This document shows, one piece after another, positions 59,786 through 64,000 of a stretch of DNA of 64,000 bases. How positions within the stretch are numbered: position 1 is the first letter of the stretch; each line of letters starts with the position of its first letter. A program made the translations under genes and the position numbers. Source of the stretch: an uncultured Gemmatimonadales bacterium (GTDB lineage Bacteria; Gemmatimonadota; Gemmatimonadetes; Longimicrobiales; RSA9); NCBI GenBank assembly GCA_963741945.1, contig CAVUKA010000001.1, positions 448,001-512,000 of the forward strand, written 5' to 3'. The notes beneath the pieces are model-generated. The model was not told where the DNA came from, searched no databases, and was given only the letters and a program-made list of their open reading frames with translations.

Positions 59786-60066
59786 CAGCGCTCTCTCACG
59801 CTGGCGCGGATCTGCGCGTAAACGCGCTGGAGCAACCGGCCGGCCGCTTCATAGCGGAGCTGCTCGTCCGCCAGTGTCACCATCTCTCGCTCGACATCCA
59901 CGCCGCCGCCCTGCGCGGCCTGGAGGTCGCTGGCGAAGCTGCCGCTGGAAGCGTTCGCCACGCGTGCGGCCACCTGCCGGACGTTGCGGCTGCTCTCCGT
60001 GAGGCCCTGCCGCAGCATGGCGGGCGTGGTCCCGGCTCCGAAGATCCTCTTCAGCATTGGCCTCAT
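59785..60066 (-). CDS. flgB: Minimal rod protein FlgB
   Basis: First gene before flgC; VAARVANA, VDVEREMVTLADEQLRY; about 90 aa. Confidence 0.75.
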   Translation of the reverse strand: MRPMLKRIFGAGTTPAMLRQGLTESSRNVRQVAARVANASSGSFASDLQAAQGGGVDVEREMVTLADEQLRYEAAGRLLQRVYAQIRASVRER

Positions 60067-60104
60067 CACCGCTGCATTCGTGTCGTGTGGTCGGCGGCGA
60101 GGCA

Positions 60105-60120
60105 GGCAATGCCCGTTCCA
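60105..60120 (-). promoter_or_regulatory. sigma54 promoter of the flgB operon
   Basis: TGGAAC-GGGCA-TTGC (GG-N10-GC). Confidence 0.75.
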
Positions 60121-60347
60121 ATCCCGGGCCGGGCGGTGAAGCGCGAGCTTCGATGCGGCGGATGGCGCGCAACGGCGCGGACTTTCGGGGTCGGGACGGG
60201 TCCGGCGATCAGGAGGGTGGCGGGCACACGGGGGGTCGTATGGGACTGCGGCGCCCGGTAGGATGTGCCGCCCGGGGGGGACAGCTTTGCCGGTGGATGT
60301 CGATCCCGCGGGGCGGAAGCGCCGCGGAAGTGGGCCGGCGGCCCGGG

Positions 60348-61670
60348 TCAGCCGTTCAGTTTGTTGCGGAGCGTGCGGACACTGATCCCCAGGAGGCCGG
60401 CCGCGCGCGTGCGGTTGTTCCCGGTACGCTCCAGCGCCCGCTCGATGAGCACTCCCTCCATCTCCTGAAGGTTCAGCGTGTCCACCTGGGGCTCCATCCG
60501 GGACGGGCCACCGCCCAGGGAGAACGCCTCCGGCCCGATCACCGGGCTGGTGGACAGCACCACCGCCCGCTCGATGGCGTGCAGCAGCTCGCGAACGTTG
60601 CCCGGCCAATCATGATCCATGAGACGATCCATCGCCTGCGGTGTGATCCGTTCCACGGGCCGGCCTGTGTCCCGCGCCGACTCCCGGAGGAACCGATCCA
60701 CGAGCGCGGGGATGTCCTCCTTCCGCTCGCGCAGTGGCGGCACCGTGATGGGAACGACGGCGAGGCGGTAGTAGAGGTCCTCGCGGAAGTCCCCCTCCTT
60801 GACGGCTTCCTTGAGATCACGGTTCGTGGTGGCCAGCAGGCGCACGTCCACGCGCACGGGCGCGCTCCCACCCACGCGCTCGAACTCCCGCTCCTGGATC
60901 ACCCGCAGCAGCTTGGCCTGCAGATCCAGCCGCATCTCCGAGACCTCGTCCAGCAGCAGCGTGCCGCCATCCGCCCGCTCGAACGCGCCTTTGACCTGGC
61001 GCGTGGCCCCGGTGAACGCCCCCTTCTCGTGACCGAACAGCGTGCTCTCGATGAGCGTTTCCGGGAGCGCAGCGCAGTTCACCGAGATGAAGGAGCGCTC
61101 GGAGCGGTCCCCCGAGTTGTGGATGGCCCGCGCCACCAGCTCCTTCCCCGTTCCCGACTCGCCCTCGATCAGGATGGTGGAGCGGGTGCTCGCCACCGCG
61201 CGCACCAGCGAGAGCACCCGCTTCAGCGCCGCGCTCTCCCCCACGATGGTGCGCTCACGACGGAGCTCCTGGACCTCCTCCTTCAGGCGGCGATTCTCCT
61301 GCTTCAGCCGCCCCAGCTCCAGCGCCTGCTCCGTGGCGATCTCCAGCTCACGGATGTCGATCGGCTTCGTGATGTAGTCCGTGGCTCCGGCCTTCATCGC
61401 CGATACGGCGTTGTCAATGCTGCCATGACCGGTCACCAGGATCACCGGCAGTTCCAGACCGTCGCGACGGAGACGCGTAACGAGCTCGAGCCCGGTCATC
61501 TCCGGCATCAGGTGATCACTGATCACCAGGTCCACGTCCCCGCGCGCAAGGACCGTCAACCCCGCGGCGGCGTTGTTCACGCCGATCACGCGGTGATCGC
61601 TCCGATCCAGGATCTTCTCGTAGGTCTTGAGGACGGCGGGATCGTCATCCACGCAGAGGATGGTGGCCAT
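60348..61670 (-). CDS. sigma54-dependent response regulator (FlrC/FleR/NtrC family)
   Basis: Receiver domain, GESGTGKE, GAFTGA, LLLDE, WPGNVREL, Fis-type HTH. Confidence 0.93.
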   Translation of the reverse strand: MATILCVDDDPAVLKTYEKILDRSDHRVIGVNNAAAGLTVLARGDVDLVISDHLMPEMTGLELVTRLRRDGLELPVILVTGHGSIDNAVSAMKAGATDYITKPIDIRELEIATEQALELGRLKQENRRLKEEVQELRRERTIVGESAALKRVLSLVRAVASTRSTILIEGESGTGKELVARAIHNSGDRSERSFISVNCAALPETLIESTLFGHEKGAFTGATRQVKGAFERADGGTLLLDEVSEMRLDLQAKLLRVIQEREFERVGGSAPVRVDVRLLATTNRDLKEAVKEGDFREDLYYRLAVVPITVPPLRERKEDIPALVDRFLRESARDTGRPVERITPQAMDRLMDHDWPGNVRELLHAIERAVVLSTSPVIGPEAFSLGGGPSRMEPQVDTLNLQEMEGVLIERALERTGNNRTRAAGLLGISVRTLRNKLNG

Positions 61671-61690
61671 TCGGCAGCGTCGCCGTTCGC

Positions 61691-61717
61691 TAAAGTTCAA
61701 CAGTGTCCGGTCGATAA
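61691..61717 (+). promoter_or_regulatory. sigma28 promoter directed toward flgL-fliW
   Basis: TAAA-15 nt-GTCGATAA. Confidence 0.7.
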
Positions 61718-61872
61718 TGTCCTGCGCGAGCAAACTGAGTCGCACGACCCCGCGGTGCCATGGGGAGAAGTCCCATCGCCGGCGTGGGGAATTTCAGGAC
61801 TCGGACCGTGAGCAACGATTCACAAGCTAACCGGGGCCGCGAGCCGGCTGTACCCCGGGGGAAGGAATCACG

Positions 61873-62754
61873 GTGAGGATCACGAGCAACGCCATCCAGC
61901 AGCAGACGCTGGCCGCGCTCCGCGATGGAATGGCGGGGATGGCGGAGGCGCAGCAGCGCGTGGCCACGGGGCGGCGGCTGCAGAAGCCGTCGGACGACCC
62001 GGTGGCCGCCGCGGGCATTCTGCGGTCGGCGCGAGGGCTGCGGGCGCTGGATCAGTTCGCGCGCAACATCGACTCGGCGGACAGTCGGCTGTCGGCGGAG
62101 GAACAGAGCCTGGACCAGCTCACGAACCTGCTGACGCGGGCGAAGGAGCTGGCGACGGGGAGCCTGTCGGTGAGCGCGGACGCGAGCGCAATGGCCTCGG
62201 CCCGCTCCGAGGTGGAAGGGCTGCTGTCCGCTGCGATCGAGCAGGGGAACGCCCGGTTCGCGGGCGGCTACCTGTTCGGCGGTGCCACGGCCGACCGTCC
62301 CCCGTTCGCCGCGGACGGCTCGGTGGCGGCGGGGGCGAATCCTTCGGGCGACCACAAGGTGGACATCGGCGGGTCGAACTGGTTCGCCACGAACCACGAC
62401 GGCAAGGAGGCGTTCCTGGACACGGGGGTGTTCGCGGCGCTGGAGCAGCTGTCAGGCGCGCTGGGGCAGGAGTCGCAGGAGGGGATCGCGGACGCCATGA
62501 CCGCGCTGGACGGCGCGTTCTCGGGAGTGCAGGTGAAGCTGTCGGAAGTGGGCGCTCGCATGAACCGCCTGGACGTGGCGCGCGCGAACGTGGAAGCGCT
62601 GGACCTGAACCTGACCACGCTGCGGTCCGATCTCGAGGATGCGGACATGGAGCAGGCCGTTTCGGACCTGGTGAGCCGTCAGATCGCCTATCAGTCCGCC
62701 CTGCTGGCCACGTCGAAGATCCTTTCCACCACCCTCACCGACTACCTGCGATGA
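61873..62754 (+). CDS. flgL: Hook-associated protein FlgL
   Basis: ATGRRLQKPSDDP, GYLFGG, EDADM..A...YQSAL...TLTDYLR. Confidence 0.93.
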   Translation: MRITSNAIQQQTLAALRDGMAGMAEAQQRVATGRRLQKPSDDPVAAAGILRSARGLRALDQFARNIDSADSRLSAEEQSLDQLTNLLTRAKELATGSLSVSADASAMASARSEVEGLLSAAIEQGNARFAGGYLFGGATADRPPFAADGSVAAGANPSGDHKVDIGGSNWFATNHDGKEAFLDTGVFAALEQLSGALGQESQEGIADAMTALDGAFSGVQVKLSEVGARMNRLDVARANVEALDLNLTTLRSDLEDADMEQAVSDLVSRQIAYQSALLATSKILSTTLTDYLR

Positions 62755-63224
62755 ACGCCGCCGCGCTGCGCAACGAAGCCGTGCCTGGAGTTCGAGTGGA
62801 ATCCGAAGTGCTCGGACCCCTCACAGTGTCCGCCGACCATGTCCTGGACTTCCCGGATGGGGTGCTCGGGTTCCCCGACGCGCGTCGGTTCGTGCTGGTG
62901 GCCGCCGCGCGCGACGGCCTGTACTGGCTCCAGTCGACCGAGCACGCGTCGCTGGTCTTCCTCGTGCTCGATCCGTTCCTCCACTTTCCCGACTACGCCG
63001 TGGAGATCCCGGCCAGCAATGTGGCCGGGCTGAGCGCCGCGTCCCACGCCGATATCGCGATCTTCACCATCGTGACGCTCTCGGCCGGCGCGGACGTTCC
63101 GTGCACGGCGAACCTGCAGGGGCCGCTGGCCATCAACCTGTCCGGGGGAATCGGCAGACAGCTGGTGCTTCGGAATGGTGACCTGGGAGTGCGCAGGGCC
63201 GTGCAGCTGGAGCCGGCGGGCTGA
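62751..63224 (+). CDS. fliW: Flagellar assembly factor FliW
   Basis: FPDGVLGFP, WLQS, DPF.HFPDY, TANLQGPL.IN. Confidence 0.92.
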   Translation: MNAAALRNEAVPGVRVESEVLGPLTVSADHVLDFPDGVLGFPDARRFVLVAAARDGLYWLQSTEHASLVFLVLDPFLHFPDYAVEIPASNVAGLSAASHADIAIFTIVTLSAGADVPCTANLQGPLAINLSGGIGRQLVLRNGDLGVRRAVQLEPAG

Positions 63225-63239
63225 ACCGATCGCCTCGGG

Positions 63240-64000
63240 TCAGGCGCGGGCGGCGACGTCCAGAAGGTCGAACACCGTCCGCGCCACTCGGTCGAGGGGC
63301 ACCACGCGCTCGGCGGCCCCGAGGCGGATCGCTTCCTTCGGCATGCCGAAGACCACGCACGAGGGCTCGTCCTGCGCCACCGTGGCAGCCCCGGCCTGCC
63401 GCATGGCCAGCAGACCGGCCGCGCCGTCCGCCCCCATTCCCGTGAGGATCGCGCCCACCGCGTTTGCCCCGGCCGCACGCGCCACCGATTCGAACAGCAC
63501 GTCCACGCTGGGCCGCTGGTGGTGAACCGGGGGTCCGTTCTTCACCCGTACCACGTACCGGGCGCCGCTGCGCTGGAGCAGCATGTGACGATCACCCGGC
63601 GCGAGGAGGCACAGCCCCGGGATCACGGCGTCGCCATCGCGGGCTTCGCGCACCTCCACTGCGGACCCCGCGTTCAACCGGGCGGCGAACGGGCCCGTGA
63701 ACGCTGCCGGCATGTGCTGGCAGATCACGGTCCCGGGCGCATCGGGCGGGAACTCCCGCAGCACGCTCTCGATCGCCTGTGTCCCGCCCGTGGACGCGCC
63801 GATGGCGATCACCTTGTGCGTGGTCGTGAGCCCGACCGCGCAGCGCATCCGGGGAGCCCCCCCGCCCGCCGCCCGCGGCCGCGAGCGAGCGGCCGTGCGG
63901 ATGGCGCCCACGAGCCGACTGCCCACGTCCGGGACCGTGAAGCTGGACCCCGGCTTCGGGATGACCTCGACCGCGCCCAGCGCCAGGGCGCGCAGCGCCT
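63240..64000 (-). CDS. cheB: Chemotaxis methylesterase CheB (5' end outside window)
   Basis: GASTGG, QHMP, RPSVD, LTGMGADG, VVFGMP. Confidence 0.93.
   Translation of the reverse strand, partial: ALRALALGAVEVIPKPGSSFTVPDVGSRLVGAIRTAARSRPRAAGGGAPRMRCAVGLTTTHKVIAIGASTGGTQAIESVLREFPPDAPGTVICQHMPAAFTGPFAARLNAGSAVEVREARDGDAVIPGLCLLAPGDRHMLLQRSGARYVVRVKNGPPVHHQRPSVDVLFESVARAAGANAVGAILTGMGADGAAGLLAMRQAGAATVAQDEPSCVVFGMPKEAIRLGAAERVVPLDRVARTVFDLLDVAARA

Overview
High-GC bacterial chromosomal window; gene content and order suggest Gemmatimonadota (inference, not tested). Left ~20 kb, all minus strand, is housekeeping and envelope genes: hypothetical-GDPD-tilS-hpt-ftsH-folP-cdaA; exbB-exbD-exbD-tonB; and yggS-divIVA-ileS-dksA-lspA-rluD running into a TPR/roadblock-roadblock-roadblock-CheW-like-metallopeptidase cluster, a small membrane protein and a truncated response regulator. 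The right ~44 kb is a near-complete flagellar supercluster with a sigma54 activator, sigma54 and sigma28 promoters, FlhF/FlhG, FliW-CsrA, CheY/CheZ and a truncated CheB. The most striking feature is the gene in the fliK position: it joins an apparently intact M15 (L-Ala-D-Glu type) Zn peptidoglycan peptidase domain, a (PAA)n repeat ruler and a FliK-like C-terminus, while FlgJ here is only the rod-binding domain with no muramidase. Other oddities: a FliO-FliP fusion, a ~1020 aa FliD with a duplicated insert, a GIHH-motif IleRS, degenerate FlhG and EAL-HDOD proteins, a Cys-less FlgH, and flgL-fliW displaced from flgK. No rRNA, tRNA, CRISPR array or transposase was seen.
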